Source: Planctomycetota bacterium
Lineage (GTDB): Bacteria; Planctomycetota; UBA1135
Length of the DNA: 64,000 bases
Direction of reading: 5' to 3'
Assembly: GCA_018671175.1 (NCBI GenBank)
Contig: JABHIE010000003.1
Location: 36,560 to 100,559, forward strand
In this document: positions 20,008 through 30,753 of the stretch, in pieces
Layout: the number at the start of each line of letters is the position of its first letter
How positions within the stretch are numbered: position 1 is the first letter of the stretch
Notes under the pieces: model-generated
Database searches by the model: none
Seen by the model: only the letters and a program-made list of their open reading frames with translations
What the model was told of the DNA's origin: nothing
Position numbers and translations under genes: made by a program

Positions 20008-22572
20008 TTACTCGATGTCAGGGTCTGAACCGGCCACTGCTGGTGCAGTAGGCGCATCGCCGCCGATTCCATCATTCGGCTTGTCGCCGTCTTCTGGGTT
20101 GGCGGCCTCAGCCTTAAAACTCAACTTCTCAGCCCCTGCTTCGTAATCGAGCTCAATTAAAGAGTTGTTGGGCAGGTGGCCCCGAAGCATCTCTTCGGCC
20201 ATTGGGTCTTCGACGAACCGCTCAATCGCACGACGCAAGGGGCGCGCACCGTATTGCGGATTGAAGCCATTATCGATGAGGAAATCACGCGCCTTGTCAG
20301 ACAGGTGCAAGACCAAACCACGGCTGCGAATGCGCTCTTCGACCTTGGCCATCTCGATGTCAATAATCCGGAAGAGATCACTGCGCTCAAGTGGGTTGAA
20401 GTTGATGATTTCATCCATGCGGTTGAGAAATTCAGGGCGGAAGAAGCGGTTGACCTCGTCCATGATGCCAGTCTTGATCTTTTTAGAAATCTCGTCTTCA
20501 CTCGTATGGAAGCCAACACCGCCGCCACCCATAGTGACCGTGGCGCCAACATTTGAAGTCATGATGACAATCGAGTTGCGGAAGTCGATATGGCGGCCAA
20601 ACGAATCGGTTAGGCGACCTTCTTCCATAATTTGCAAGAGCATGTTGTAGACATCTGGGTGAGCCTTTTCGATCTCGTCGAAGAGAATCACGGAGTAGGG
20701 GCGGCGACGCACCTGCTCGGTCAATTGACCACCCTCTTCGTAGCCGACATAGCCCGGAGGCGAGCCGACGAGGCGCGAGGCGTTATGCTTTTCCATGTAT
20801 TCCGACATGTCAAAAACTAGCATTGACTCTTCGGATCCAAACATAAACTTGGAGAGCTGCTTGCTCATCCAGGTTTTGCCCACGCCAGAAGGGCCGAGGA
20901 ACAAAAAGCTACCTGTTGGGCGATTGGGGTCTTTCAGGCCAGAGCGCGAGCGACGGACGGCACGCGCAACTGCGCTAATCGCCTCGTCTTGATGAATCAC
21001 TGTTTTCGCGAGCTCATCTTCCATTTGGAGCAGACGCTCCGCTTCCTCGGCGGCAATGCTCGTCACCGGAATGCCTGTCATCTTGGAGATGGTCTCGGCA
21101 ATGATTTCAGTGTCAACGACTGGGCGCTCAGTCTTCTCCGACTCGCTTTCGCGCCATTCTTTCATTTTTTCTTCGACCTGGTTGCGCAACTGGTAAATCT
21201 CATCACGCTTTTTGCTGGCCGCTTCGAAATCTTGGTCACCGACAAGCAGCTCTTTCTCTAGCTCAAGTTCAGTAATTTTCTCTTCGATTATGTTTAGGTC
21301 GGGCGGTGGGGTCGTAGAGCGCAAACGCAGGCGCGCACCGGCTTCATCAATTACATCAATCGCCTTGTCGGGCAAGAAGCGGTTGTTGATGTACTTAATG
21401 CTCATGTCAACCGCTGCGGCCAAAGCCTCGTTGGTGTAGATGACCTTGTGGTGGTCAGCGTATCGGCTTGAAAGCCCAAGCATGATGTCAACGGCGTCGT
21501 CGCGGCTTGGTGGCTCAACGATGACCGACTGGAAGCGTCGCTCAAGTGCGCCGTCTTTTTCGATATTTTTGCGGTACTCGTCAAGGGTAGTTGCACCGAT
21601 AACTTGCAGCTCGCCACGAGAAAGTGCCGGCTTGAGGACATTTGCAGCGTCAATGGCGCCCTCGGCACCACCCGCGCCGACGAGAGTGTGGATCTCGTCA
21701 ATAAAGAGCACAACATTGCCAGCCCGTTGCACCTCAACCATCACGGCTTTGATGCGCTCTTCGAATTGGCCACGATATTTTGTACCCGCAATCATTCCAG
21801 CGAGATCAAGTGACACGATGCGACGGTCGCGCAGCAATTCAGGAACTTTGCCATTGATGATGCATTGAGCCAAGCCCTCAACAATGGCTGTTTTGCCAAC
21901 GCCTGCTTCGCCAAGCAACACGGGGTTGTTTTTGGTGCGACGGGACAAGACCTGCACCACGCGCTCAATTTCGTCGGCGCGGCCAATAACGGGGTCGAGC
22001 TCATCGCGTCGAGCGGCTTCGGTCAAGTCGCGGCCGAATTGGTCAAGCGATGGCGTGCGTGATTTACCACTAGCAGCACCCTCAATAGGATCATCACCTT
22101 GGAAGCTTTCGGCGGGGTCGCTGTCAGTTTCTGCCGTACCACCCAAAAATTCAATGACTTCTTGGCGGACGGAATCAAGCTGAATGTCAAGCGACATCAA
22201 AACATGTGCGGCCAAACCCTCTTGCTCTCGGAGCAAGGCTAAAAGCAAATGCTCGGTGCCCACATAATTGTGATGAAGATTTTGCGCCTCAGCGCCAGCA
22301 AGCTCAAGCACCTTTTTTGCGCGTGGCGTAAAAGGGATCTGAACCGGCGACTCAGTCTGCGCACCAGGCTTGAGGATTTTTTCAACCTCTTGGCGGATGC
22401 TAGTCAGGTCGCAACCTGTTGAAACCAAAACATTAGCGGCTACACCTTGACCCTCGCGAATCAAGCCAAGCAGGATGTGCTCGGTGCCAATGTACTCATG
22501 GTGGAAACGGTGAGCTTCGCTACGAGCGAAACCAATCACCTTGCGGGCGCGTTCTGTGAAGCGGTCAAACAT
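20008..22572 (-). CDS. clpC: ATP-dependent Clp protease ATPase subunit ClpC
   Basis: [11 protein letters not shown]-domain, two AAA+ modules ([16 protein letters not shown]), UVR-type middle domain, VGF ClpP loop. Confidence 0.96.
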   Translation of the reverse strand: MFDRFTERARKVIGFARSEAHRFHHEYIGTEHILLGLIREGQGVAANVLVSTGCDLTSIRQEVEKILKPGAQTESPVQIPFTPRAKKVLELAGAEAQNLHHNYVGTEHLLLALLREQEGLAAHVLMSLDIQLDSVRQEVIEFLGGTAETDSDPAESFQGDDPIEGAASGKSRTPSLDQFGRDLTEAARRDELDPVIGRADEIERVVQVLSRRTKNNPVLLGEAGVGKTAIVEGLAQCIINGKVPELLRDRRIVSLDLAGMIAGTKYRGQFEERIKAVMVEVQRAGNVVLFIDEIHTLVGAGGAEGAIDAANVLKPALSRGELQVIGATTLDEYRKNIEKDGALERRFQSVIVEPPSRDDAVDIMLGLSSRYADHHKVIYTNEALAAAVDMSIKYINNRFLPDKAIDVIDEAGARLRLRSTTPPPDLNIIEEKITELELEKELLVGDQDFEAASKKRDEIYQLRNQVEEKMKEWRESESEKTERPVVDTEIIAETISKMTGIPVTSIAAEEAERLLQMEDELAKTVIHQDEAISAVARAVRRSRSGLKDPNRPTGSFLFLGPSGVGKTWMSKQLSKFMFGSEESMLVFDMSEYMEKHNASRLVGSPPGYVGYEEGGQLTEQVRRRPYSVILFDEIEKAHPDVYNMLLQIMEEGRLTDSFGRHIDFRNSIVIMTSNVGATVTMGGGGVGFHTSEDEISKKIKTGIMDEVNRFFRPEFLNRMDEIINFNPLERSDLFRIIDIEMAKVEERIRSRGLVLHLSDKARDFLIDNGFNPQYGARPLRRAIERFVEDPMAEEMLRGHLPNNSLIELDYEAGAEKLSFKAEAANPEDGDKPNDGIGGDAPTAPAVAGSDPDIE

Positions 22573-22610
22573 GTAAGTTCCTATCGGGCACTTCTTGTGC
22601 CAAAGTTAAA

Positions 22611-23138
22611 TTAATCTAGAACTGGGTCGTCGCCAAGGCTGGACTCAAGCTCTTTGATGCGGTCACGCAGGCGAGACGCCGTTTCGTAATCTTCGCGAGA
22701 GACGGCTTCTTGCATCTCGTCTTGAAGGCGCTCAATCGTCGTATCTGCTGATATATCAGGATGTTGCGCGTAACCATGGATGCGATTTAGTACCCCAGAA
22801 ACAAAATCTGAAAACAGATCGTAATCGTTTGGGCAGCCCAAACGGCTAGTCTTTCGGAAATCTTCGAGCGTCCAGCCGCAGGAAGGGCAACTGCCCTTTT
22901 CCGACGCCGTCTTATCGCCTTGCTCTGCCGAAATGGCAGTTGGCTGGCCTGAGAAGGCCTTACTCAACATACTGACTAATTTAGGGAAATCAGCCGCACC
23001 CGCAATCGGGATGCCCGCTGACTTGGCGCAAGGCGCGCATAAATGCACCTCGCCCACGCGCGGCTCACCGGCTGCGTCGTAGCGGACTTCGGTTTGATGA
23101 ACCGTCGCCTCGTGTTTTTGGCAAGATTGACAAATCAT
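22611..23138 (-). CDS. mcsA: McsA-like protein (CxxC motifs plus UVR domain)
   Basis: CQSC, CAPC, CPSC, RLGCPNDY; C-terminal EDYETASRLRDRI UVR motif. Confidence 0.88.
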   Translation of the reverse strand: MICQSCQKHEATVHQTEVRYDAAGEPRVGEVHLCAPCAKSAGIPIAGAADFPKLVSMLSKAFSGQPTAISAEQGDKTASEKGSCPSCGWTLEDFRKTSRLGCPNDYDLFSDFVSGVLNRIHGYAQHPDISADTTIERLQDEMQEAVSREDYETASRLRDRIKELESSLGDDPVLD

Positions 23139-23172
23139 GGATACCCTTTTTTAGTGCATTAGCAGCTGGAAG

Positions 23173-24504
23173 TCACTGAACTTCTAGCCAATTTTGATAT
23201 AGCTTATGAAAAAGCTTCGCGCGATCGGCAAAATTCCGAAATTCGTCAAAGCTAGAAAAAGTGGGGGAGTAAAGGAGTGTTTCATCCGTGCTCAAGTCTT
23301 CAAGCGCCCCCTGCATCGCTGTAGCGGTATCGGCATGGAAGCGAACTGGGCAGCCAGCCGCCGAAGCCTCAACGGCAAGCCGCTTTCCGCCAGGCCCATG
23401 CAGATGAGCCACGCGCAAGCCCAACATCGCCGCAACCAAGTCATCAAGCGGCAAGCCTTTGTCGTAGCCACCCGCAAGGAGCAGCACGGGGCCATCCAGA
23501 GCGAGCAAGGCCGCAGCGGTCGGTTCAGGGTGAGTCGCGACGGCATTGTCTAAAACACGCATGCCAGCAGGCGCTTCAAGGGCCATCATGCGGTGCGGCA
23601 GGCCCGGGAAATCGCGCAAACGATGCAACACCTCTTGATTATTTGCCCCCAGTTGCCGAGCCGCGACAATAGCCGCCAACAAGGATGGCATCCGGTATTT
23701 CTCGTGAAACGGGAGGTCATCTTCGGTCGCACCAATATCTTGCAGTAACTGCTCTGAAAGCCATGCAATGCCACCATTTGAGAGGCTCTGCCAGCTTGTA
23801 CCAACAGCAGACTCAGGTAAAAGCAGAGTGCATCCGCCGTGCTGATGGGCGGTGATGCGTTGTTTGGCTTTGTGGTAGGACTCAAGTGATTCGTGCCAAT
23901 CGAGATGATCGGCGCCGAGGCTGGTGAGGCTGGCAATGTGGGGCCATCCGTCAGGGGCAACGAGTCGCTCAAGCTGAAACGATGAAAGCTCAACGATCAG
24001 GCGGTCATTTTTGGTTAAGCCTGCTGTGGACTCAAGCATTGAGCCACCCAAGTTGCCGGCGAGCACCACTCGGCCATCATGCCCACTTAGCAAATGTGCC
24101 GTTAGGGCCACGCAAGTTGATTTGCCATGTGTGCCCGTTACTGCAAATGCCGGGGTTGATGAGCATTGAGCAATCGCCAAGTTGACCTCCGTGGTTAAAA
24201 CGCAGCCATGCTCACGAGCGATTGCCAGCCATTTGGCGCGCGGGGGGACGGCCGGGTTGACCACCACGACATCGGCTTCTTCGAAGAGGGCCTCGGAGTG
24301 CCCACCGAGTGCCCATTTGACGCGGACGCCCGCAAGCATCGCTAGAGCCTCGTCGAGGCGGTCGGCATCGCGCAGGTCGGTTACGGTGACATCGGCGCCG
24401 AGTTTGGACAAGTAACGCGCGCATCCAGCCCCACCGCCGAATGAACCAAGGCCCAGAACTAATACGGAGCGGCCGCGCAGGTCGTGAGGGTGGAGCACGG
24501 GCAT
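23173..24504 (-). CDS. murD: UDP-N-acetylmuramoyl-L-alanine--D-glutamate ligase
   Basis: VLGLG, VTGTHGKST, ELSSFQL, DHLDWH, GLPHR, GGYDKG, SFDEFRNF..R motifs; start moved to ATG 24504 because the longer ORF overlaps a tRNA. Confidence 0.9.
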   Translation of the reverse strand: MPVLHPHDLRGRSVLVLGLGSFGGGAGCARYLSKLGADVTVTDLRDADRLDEALAMLAGVRVKWALGGHSEALFEEADVVVVNPAVPPRAKWLAIAREHGCVLTTEVNLAIAQCSSTPAFAVTGTHGKSTCVALTAHLLSGHDGRVVLAGNLGGSMLESTAGLTKNDRLIVELSSFQLERLVAPDGWPHIASLTSLGADHLDWHESLESYHKAKQRITAHQHGGCTLLLPESAVGTSWQSLSNGGIAWLSEQLLQDIGATEDDLPFHEKYRMPSLLAAIVAARQLGANNQEVLHRLRDFPGLPHRMMALEAPAGMRVLDNAVATHPEPTAAALLALDGPVLLLAGGYDKGLPLDDLVAAMLGLRVAHLHGPGGKRLAVEASAAGCPVRFHADTATAMQGALEDLSTDETLLYSPTFSSFDEFRNFADRAKLFHKLYQNWLEVQ

Positions 24505-24531
24505 GCGCCCAGAATAGCGTGCCAAAACGAG

Positions 24532-24623
24532 TGGCGGAGAGAGAGGGATTCGAACCCTCGGTACCGACAAATCGGTACAATGGCTTAGCAAGCCATCGCA
24601 TTCGGCCACTCTGCCATCTCTCC
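24532..24623 (-). tRNA. tRNA-Ser(GCT)
   Basis: Reverse complement GGAGAGATGGCAGAGTGG...ATGGC-TT-GCT-AA-GCCAT, long variable arm, GGTTCGAATCC, CCA end. Confidence 0.97.
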
Positions 24624-24731
24624 GTGCGACTCGCGGCCGAAAAATGTACTTGAGCGGTGGCTATGGCGCAAGACAAACGGCATTTTTCGTTTTGATGAAG
24701 CTCAAAAAGAGCCAACCACCTCAAAAAAAGG

Positions 24732-24821
24732 TGGCGGAGAAAGAGGGATTCGAACCCCCGGTGGGTTGCCCCACGCTGGTTTTCAAAACCAGTGCATTCA
24801 GCCAGGCTCTGCCATTTCTCC
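24732..24821 (-). tRNA. tRNA-Ser(TGA)
   Basis: Reverse complement GGAGAAATGGCAGAG...CTGGT-TT-TGA-AA-ACCAG, long variable arm, GGTTCGAATCC, CCA end. Confidence 0.97.
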
Positions 24822-24884
24822 GACCAAGCCGCATAGGATAACGGTGCGTGAGTCTGAGGTCATGCAGAGTTATGATATTCGACC

Positions 24885-26819
24885 ATGCGTGACTGGATTC
24901 GACACCTCTTTTTACTTTTGTCAGGCGCCGGCTTAATAGCCGTCGTGGCTACGGGCGAGTATTTTTTCATTCCACAGGATCTTCTTGATGCGGGTGTCTT
25001 GCTTCCGGTCGATGTGTTTATCGCCCACTGGTATGGCAATGCCATGATTGCGTTTTGCATTTCTCTTCTCGTTTCGCTACTGCCATTCCTGAAGTTTCTC
25101 CGCCGTCCGCATGCCCTTTTTCATCTTGGTTGCGTGATTGGCCTGATTCCGCTGGCCCTCTCGCATACGGCCGTTTTCTGGTTTGCCCTAATTTTGCTGG
25201 TGGTTTCTTTAAAGAAAAAGGTCTCTTCCTCGCATCGACTAGCCTTTATTTTTCCTGTCTTGCTGACGCTAGTCAGCTTTGGCTTGGTCTTGTTCAATGC
25301 CACCTCTTCCAAGATATCTGCCATTGTCGCTTTTGATGTGCCTGTCCGCGCCGACGCTGTGCCGGAAGGCCCTGACATCGTCCTGATTTCTTTTGACACC
25401 TTTCGCGCCGACGCGCTTTTTTCAGACTACCCGCTTCATGAGGGCGAGACAGCCATCCCGTTGCCACATTTTCAGCGATTGCGTGAGCAGGGGCTTTGGG
25501 CGACTCATGCCCTTTCGTCAGGCGGCCAGACTGTGCCAGGTCATGTGGGCATGCTGACGGGGCTTGATTCGATGAGCCATGGGGTTCGTTTTAATGAAGA
25601 CCCTGTCCCGCAAGGCCTCACTTGGCTGGCTGAGCGATTTACAGACTCAGGATGGAATTCGGCAGCCGTGATCTCAAACGGCCTTCTTTCGCCCGGTATG
25701 GGCTTCGGTGAGGGCTTTGCGCTTTTTGACATCAACACCGTCCCGCGCTCTGATGTGGCCTATCGTTGGGCGACTCATTTGCAAAAACAAACTTGGTTGG
25801 GCTTGAGCTTACCGAAGGCACTTTCTTATTTCATCGTAAGCAAAGCCATTTTGCGCCCGACTCGGATGGCACCTGCGGCGAAAGTCCAACTAAAAAAGCA
25901 TACTTTGCGTGGGCGTGGGCGAGTTACGACCAATCAGGTTTTCGACATGATGTCGGTACTTGAAAAAGATGTCCGTCCGTATTTTCTGTTCGTGAATTAC
26001 ATGGATGCTCATCAGCCATATGGTGCGCCGGATGGTTTTCGAGATCGCATCGTGGGGCATGACACCGCGCCCGTGGGCGGCTATGCAGCCACCCATTCTC
26101 TTGGCATGATTGACTTGCCTGAATTGCGGCGCGTGCAAAAGGGTTTGGCGTCTCAAGATCCAGCAGCCATTGCGGCGGCAGAATATGCGCATCGCAATTA
26201 CGCTGAGAGCGTGCTCTATTTAGATTCGCTCTTAGGCGAAATCCTTGCAAAAGTTGAGGCTAATGGCCGCCCCACGGTTATTTTGCTCACGGGCGATCAT
26301 GGTGAGCATTTTGGTGAACACGGTTTGATGCTTCATGCAAATTCTCTCTATCATGAGCTGCTTGCCGTACCGTTTGTCTTGTGGGGTGACGGCGTGCCAG
26401 CAAGGGGCCAGATCGAAAACGATGTCTATTTGCGCGATGTTGCGCCCACGCTAGCCGCCTTAGCCGGTTTGCCCATGGACGGCCTCGAGGGCGTCGCTGT
26501 GCAATATGGTGCGCCAAATAACCGTAGCCACATTTCGGCTGACGGCGATTTCGTCGCGGTGCGTAAAGACGGCTGGCTCTTGTTGGGGCGGTGGGTGCGC
26601 GGTGCCGAGCCAGAAGCTATCGGTCTTTATCACACTGCTATTGACCCTGCCGAACAAGACAATCTTTTGGGCAAAGTCAAAACTCCCGAATCGCTTCACG
26701 AGGCTCTAATTGAGGGTTTGGCGCGTGACAAGCACACGGCAAGCCAAGAAGAAACGCCTGATTGGCTGCAAGAGCGACTCACCCAATTGGGTTATGTCGA
26801 CGACAGCCACGACCACTAA
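24885..26819 (+). CDS. Membrane-anchored sulfatase-fold protein (N-terminal TM bundle)
   Basis: 4-5 N-terminal TMs, then ISFDTFRAD, QTVPGHVGMLTG, YMDAHQPY, TGDHGE, LHA motifs. Confidence 0.85.
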   Translation: MRDWIRHLFLLLSGAGLIAVVATGEYFFIPQDLLDAGVLLPVDVFIAHWYGNAMIAFCISLLVSLLPFLKFLRRPHALFHLGCVIGLIPLALSHTAVFWFALILLVVSLKKKVSSSHRLAFIFPVLLTLVSFGLVLFNATSSKISAIVAFDVPVRADAVPEGPDIVLISFDTFRADALFSDYPLHEGETAIPLPHFQRLREQGLWATHALSSGGQTVPGHVGMLTGLDSMSHGVRFNEDPVPQGLTWLAERFTDSGWNSAAVISNGLLSPGMGFGEGFALFDINTVPRSDVAYRWATHLQKQTWLGLSLPKALSYFIVSKAILRPTRMAPAAKVQLKKHTLRGRGRVTTNQVFDMMSVLEKDVRPYFLFVNYMDAHQPYGAPDGFRDRIVGHDTAPVGGYAATHSLGMIDLPELRRVQKGLASQDPAAIAAAEYAHRNYAESVLYLDSLLGEILAKVEANGRPTVILLTGDHGEHFGEHGLMLHANSLYHELLAVPFVLWGDGVPARGQIENDVYLRDVAPTLAALAGLPMDGLEGVAVQYGAPNNRSHISADGDFVAVRKDGWLLLGRWVRGAEPEAIGLYHTAIDPAEQDNLLGKVKTPESLHEALIEGLARDKHTASQEETPDWLQERLTQLGYVDDSHDH

Positions 26820-27232
26820 TCTTTCGGCTTGGTCGCAGTTTCCCAGACATTTTCGGTGACGAAAATAGGGGCTTTCATGCGCAAGCAAAGCGCGATGGCG
26901 TCGCTCGGGCGGCAGTCGATAATCTGAGGTAACTTCCCGTCGCTGGTCGTAATCGTAAGCTGAGCCTTGAAAGTGCCTTTGCTCAAATAATGGATGCAAG
27001 CGTCTGCGAGTTGGATTGCCCCAGCATTCATTAATAACGCAGTCAGCTCATGAGTGAGCGGGCGCGGCGTTTCTTTTTGCTTAAGGCAGCGTTGGATTTC
27101 TTCCGCCTCGCTTCGAGCAATAACCATAGTAAGCACTCGCTTTGAGTCGCCAGACTCGCGCAACTCAAGAAATTGCTGAGGTGTTTTCTCGACCAAAACG
27201 AGACGAGTGACGCGGACTTGGGTGCGTTTCAT
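26816..27232 (-). CDS. Bifunctional nuclease (DUF151) family protein
   Basis: PRPLTHEL and IDCRPSDAIAL.LR..APIFV motifs. Confidence 0.9.
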   Translation of the reverse strand: MKRTQVRVTRLVLVEKTPQQFLELRESGDSKRVLTMVIARSEAEEIQRCLKQKETPRPLTHELTALLMNAGAIQLADACIHYLSKGTFKAQLTITTSDGKLPQIIDCRPSDAIALCLRMKAPIFVTENVWETATKPKD

Positions 27233-27254
27233 TACAAGAGGTTATCCTGTCTGG

Positions 27255-27767
27255 ATGGCATCCGTCTACGCTGTGGTGGTTTCTTCTGCAATTGGGCGGG
27301 TGCGATTTTCTTTTGATTCTCAAGGGTGTTTGCAAAGAGTCGATTTATGCGTGCGCGCTGCCTTGGGTTGCCGAGGATTACCCCCTCAAGGCACTCCTGA
27401 TTCTGCGAGTCTTGAGAAATGGTTATCTCATTATTTCGCTGGCTCAACGACGAGCTTTCCGGGGCGTTGGCAAATACTGACAGGCTCTGCTTTTCGCAAA
27501 TCCGTTTACCAAACCGTTGTTGATATTCCAATGGGGCAAACAATGACCTATGGAGAGGTCGCGGTGATGTGTGGGTCTCCAGGTGCAGCACGAGCTGTAG
27601 GGTCGGCTATGGCACAGAATCCGATACCGCTTGTTGTGCCATGCCATCGAGTTTTGGCCGCTAATGGCTTAGGCGGTTTTACGAGCCCATCTGGCGTGAA
27701 GCTCAAGATCGAATTGCTGGCTTTTGAGGCTCGACCAAGTTTGTCAAGCGTTCGTACTAAAGTCTAA
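27255..27767 (+). CDS. ogt: Methylated-DNA--protein-cysteine methyltransferase
   Basis: TYGEVA..G.PGAARAVG..NPIPLVVPCHRV active site; start at ATG 27255. Confidence 0.92.
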   Translation: MASVYAVVVSSAIGRVRFSFDSQGCLQRVDLCVRAALGCRGLPPQGTPDSASLEKWLSHYFAGSTTSFPGRWQILTGSAFRKSVYQTVVDIPMGQTMTYGEVAVMCGSPGAARAVGSAMAQNPIPLVVPCHRVLAANGLGGFTSPSGVKLKIELLAFEARPSLSSVRTKV

Positions 27768-29047
27768 GCAAGCCCAATCAGTTGCCCAAGAGTAAAGGCG
27801 CCGAGCAAGCTCGTTGCATAAAGAACGGCCTTGGCTCCGAATGCGTGTCTCGAGCCCTTTCCCGGGAGGCGCATGAGCAAAGTTGCAGCAAGCCCCGCCC
27901 AAATGAAAATGCCGAGAGCGCTTGGAATGGGTAATTGGAGGCTGTCTTGGGCATAAGAGCCAAACTGATAAAGGCCTATAAAGGCAACCCCTTGAGCCAT
28001 GATAAGTCTGGCGGCTTCAGACACATTTTGTAAAGCCGGAGCGCGTCGCAGTTGATGCAAGAAAACGAGGAAGGCGCTTGAACCAAGAAACCAAACCGCT
28101 GCTCCAATGGAAAAACCAATGGAACTTTCAAAAAGAAATTCGCGCTCCAAACTTACAGCACCACCTAGCAGAAGCGCGCCTAAAAACAATACACCGTGCC
28201 AACTCATCATGCTCGCCGTATTGGAATGAGTGTTCAGTCGGATGCCCGCAGCTGCCGCAAGGGAAAGAAGCGCGAGACTGAGGCTTGCAGATTGAGGACT
28301 CAAGACATCCCCGATGTTGGCGAGCATGGCTGCAAGATTTAGGCCGACTAGAAGTAAAATAAAACTCAGTAAGCTAAAGCTAAATGACTCTGCGCAAAAA
28401 GCCGCAGCCACGACAAGAGCAATCAGCGGGAGGTGCTTAAGCGATTCTGAAAACGCCAATTTGCCTGCGAGCAAACCCGGAGGTGCAGAATGAATCGGCG
28501 CCTGAAAAACCGCATCTCGCGCTTTCGCGCTCATCAAATATTGAAGTGCCTCATCATCGGGCGTTAATCCAGAAACGGAAACATGCATGCGGTGGATGGG
28601 ATTGCCGCGCGCATAAAACAAATCAGAATGCACGGCCAATTCTTGCAAAGGCTCATCTAGATGGAAAGCATCGCCGACTACCAAATGCGTGTAAAACATC
28701 GAATCGGGCGCGTTGTGGCCACTTGCCGTCTCATAGGCCAAGAAGTTTGGCGAGGGTCTCCAGATTGTGCCATTGATTTCAAACCACAAATCGGTGGCGA
28801 GATAATCAAGAAACTCGCCCATAGCGAGATCGCTTTCATCGCGTGTGACAGCGTTGTCAAAGTTAAGATCAAGCTCCCAGTCGAGTGTGTCTGCGAGTGT
28901 TAAATCTTGGATGCGCAACTCAAAGCGCACTTCAGTATCAGAACACTCAATCGCAAGTTTGGCAAAACTCAGCGGATGGATTTTTTCTGCGGGCGCAAAA
29001 TCGCCTGCTCCGGCCAAATGCGCCAGCAACAGAAAGAGTGCAATCAT
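27764..29047 (-). CDS. Membrane protein: signal peptide, periplasmic domain, multi-TM C-terminus (HupE/UreJ-like architecture)
   Basis: Hydropathy pattern only; family assignment tentative. Confidence 0.65.
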   Translation of the reverse strand: MIALFLLLAHLAGAGDFAPAEKIHPLSFAKLAIECSDTEVRFELRIQDLTLADTLDWELDLNFDNAVTRDESDLAMGEFLDYLATDLWFEINGTIWRPSPNFLAYETASGHNAPDSMFYTHLVVGDAFHLDEPLQELAVHSDLFYARGNPIHRMHVSVSGLTPDDEALQYLMSAKARDAVFQAPIHSAPPGLLAGKLAFSESLKHLPLIALVVAAAFCAESFSFSLLSFILLLVGLNLAAMLANIGDVLSPQSASLSLALLSLAAAAGIRLNTHSNTASMMSWHGVLFLGALLLGGAVSLEREFLFESSIGFSIGAAVWFLGSSAFLVFLHQLRRAPALQNVSEAARLIMAQGVAFIGLYQFGSYAQDSLQLPIPSALGIFIWAGLAATLLMRLPGKGSRHAFGAKAVLYATSLLGAFTLGQLIGLA

Positions 29048-29056
29048 GCGGGCGGA

Positions 29057-30082
29057 TTAAGCGCGAGGCGCCGGAAGGTCAGCAAGCACGCAATCAAAAA
29101 CGGGCACTAAATCAGGGTCGAACTGACTGCCTGCACCCTCAAGGATGATGTCGCGCGCCTCTTCTTTTGATCGAGCCTTTCGATAAGGTCGAGTCGAGCA
29201 GATCGCATCGTAAGTGTCGGCAATCATGATGAGCCGCGAACCAAGCGGGATATCTGTGCCCGAAATGCCGTCTGGGTAGCCCCGGCCATCCCAACGCTCG
29301 TGTTCATGCAAAACGATGCGCTGAACTTCGGGGTATTTTTTTGACAAGGGTTCAAGAATGCGCGCACCATAACCAGGGTGCCGCTTAATCTCATCCCATT
29401 CGTTGTCGTCGAGCGGCCCATCTTTGTGCAAGATTTCAAGAGGCACACCAATCTTGCCGATGTCGTGCAGCATTGAGCCAATGCGAATCTCACGCATGGC
29501 ATTGGAATCCATGCCAGGGATTTGCCGCGCCATCAGCATCGAAACCTCGGCCACCGATGCGCTGTGATCGCGCGTGTATTGGTCTTTGGCCTCGAGCGAA
29601 TTGACAAGCGCCTGAACGCCGCGCAGGAAACCCTCAAGCTGCGCCTTGTCTGCATCAAGCACGGCTTTGTGTTGCGCGAATTTCAGCTTGCGGCTTTCGA
29701 CGGCGGCATGAATGCGCGCGTGAAGAGTCGAAGGGCTTGCTGGCTTGAGCATGTATTCGTCAGCGCCGTCTTGCATACTTTGCACGGCAATATTGACATC
29801 GTTGACGCCCGTGAGCATCACGAAGGGGATCTCTTCGTTGTACATGCGCACATGGCGCAAAAACTCGTCGCCGTTCATGCCGGGCAGGCCGAGGTCAGAA
29901 ACAATGACCTGAAAACGCTCAAGTGTCATGCGATGTAAAGCCGCTCGCGCGTCACCAACCGCGCAAACACGAAAGCCTTTTTGGCCCAATGCCGTTTGCA
30001 GGAGAGTGCGCTGATCGACATCGTCTTCGACGAGAAGAATGCTGGGGCCCGTTGGTTGCTTCTGAATCACAGGGAACAGCAT
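29057..30082 (-). CDS. Response regulator with HD-GYP phosphodiesterase domain
   Basis: REC domain (LLVEDD, SDLGLPGMNG, KP) plus HDIGK, ERWDGRGYP, ADTYDA, RPYR, GSQFDP. Confidence 0.93.
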   Translation of the reverse strand: MLFPVIQKQPTGPSILLVEDDVDQRTLLQTALGQKGFRVCAVGDARAALHRMTLERFQVIVSDLGLPGMNGDEFLRHVRMYNEEIPFVMLTGVNDVNIAVQSMQDGADEYMLKPASPSTLHARIHAAVESRKLKFAQHKAVLDADKAQLEGFLRGVQALVNSLEAKDQYTRDHSASVAEVSMLMARQIPGMDSNAMREIRIGSMLHDIGKIGVPLEILHKDGPLDDNEWDEIKRHPGYGARILEPLSKKYPEVQRIVLHEHERWDGRGYPDGISGTDIPLGSRLIMIADTYDAICSTRPYRKARSKEEARDIILEGAGSQFDPDLVPVFDCVLADLPAPRA

Positions 30083-30114
30083 ACAAAAAGGGGATGTTGC
30101 AATAGAATAGGCAA

Positions 30115-30753
30115 ATGGAACGATACCGCAGACGCTTGCTGATGAGTCGGCAGGACCTTGAAGCCGGCCTAAAGGGCATGGCGGAGAGATTAGCCCCCGT
30201 TTTAGGCGACGACGAAGTTACCGCCATCCCTGTATTAGGTGGTGCGATGTTTTTTGCCGCCGATTTGGTGCGGCATATGCCCTCTGGTTTGGTGATGGAT
30301 TTCATCCGCATTCAAACTTATGGCGACTCGACTTCGCCTCAAAGCGAGGCAAAGGCCGATTGGGTGCCGCATGAGAGCAATGTGCGAGGCAAGCATGTTT
30401 TGCTTTTAGATGACATCCTTGACACGGGGCGCACGCTTTTTGAGGCTAAGCGTTATCTGCTTGACGAGATGGGTGCGGCCAAAGTGACGATTGCTGTTTT
30501 GATTGATAAGCCCATTCGCCGCTCAGCTGATGTCTCGGCTGACTGCTCGGTCTTATTGATGGAAGACGATGCTTTTTTAGTCGGCTATGGGCTTGATTTT
30601 GCGGGCCGTTTTCGCAATGTGCCTGATGTTTACGCGCTCGAAACGGGGCCTGACGGGCTTCCGTTGCTCGCCGAAGAAGCCCGTGACTCCATTTCATCTC
30701 GTGCACGAGGGCCTGTTGTGCCCGACGGTTCGCAAACTGCGAGTGGAGCATGA
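30115..30753 (+). CDS. hpt: Hypoxanthine phosphoribosyltransferase
   Basis: VLLLDDILDTGRTL PRPP-binding loop, FLVGYGLD. Confidence 0.92.
   Translation: MERYRRRLLMSRQDLEAGLKGMAERLAPVLGDDEVTAIPVLGGAMFFAADLVRHMPSGLVMDFIRIQTYGDSTSPQSEAKADWVPHESNVRGKHVLLLDDILDTGRTLFEAKRYLLDEMGAAKVTIAVLIDKPIRRSADVSADCSVLLMEDDAFLVGYGLDFAGRFRNVPDVYALETGPDGLPLLAEEARDSISSRARGPVVPDGSQTASGA

Noticed and set aside
24505..24609. N-terminal extension of the murD ORF to 24609
   Set aside because: It overlaps tRNA-Ser(GCT); ATG 24504 has a TATTCT box 6 nt upstream and gives a normal MurD N-terminus
24532..24821. tRNA-Ser genes as integration sites or as tRNA-Sec
   Set aside because: No integrase or duplicated 3' end was seen; the anticodons are GCT and TGA (Ser), not TCA
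29057..30082. HHE to EHE variant in the HD-GYP motif
   Set aside because: Single substitution with the other motifs intact; not enough to claim altered function
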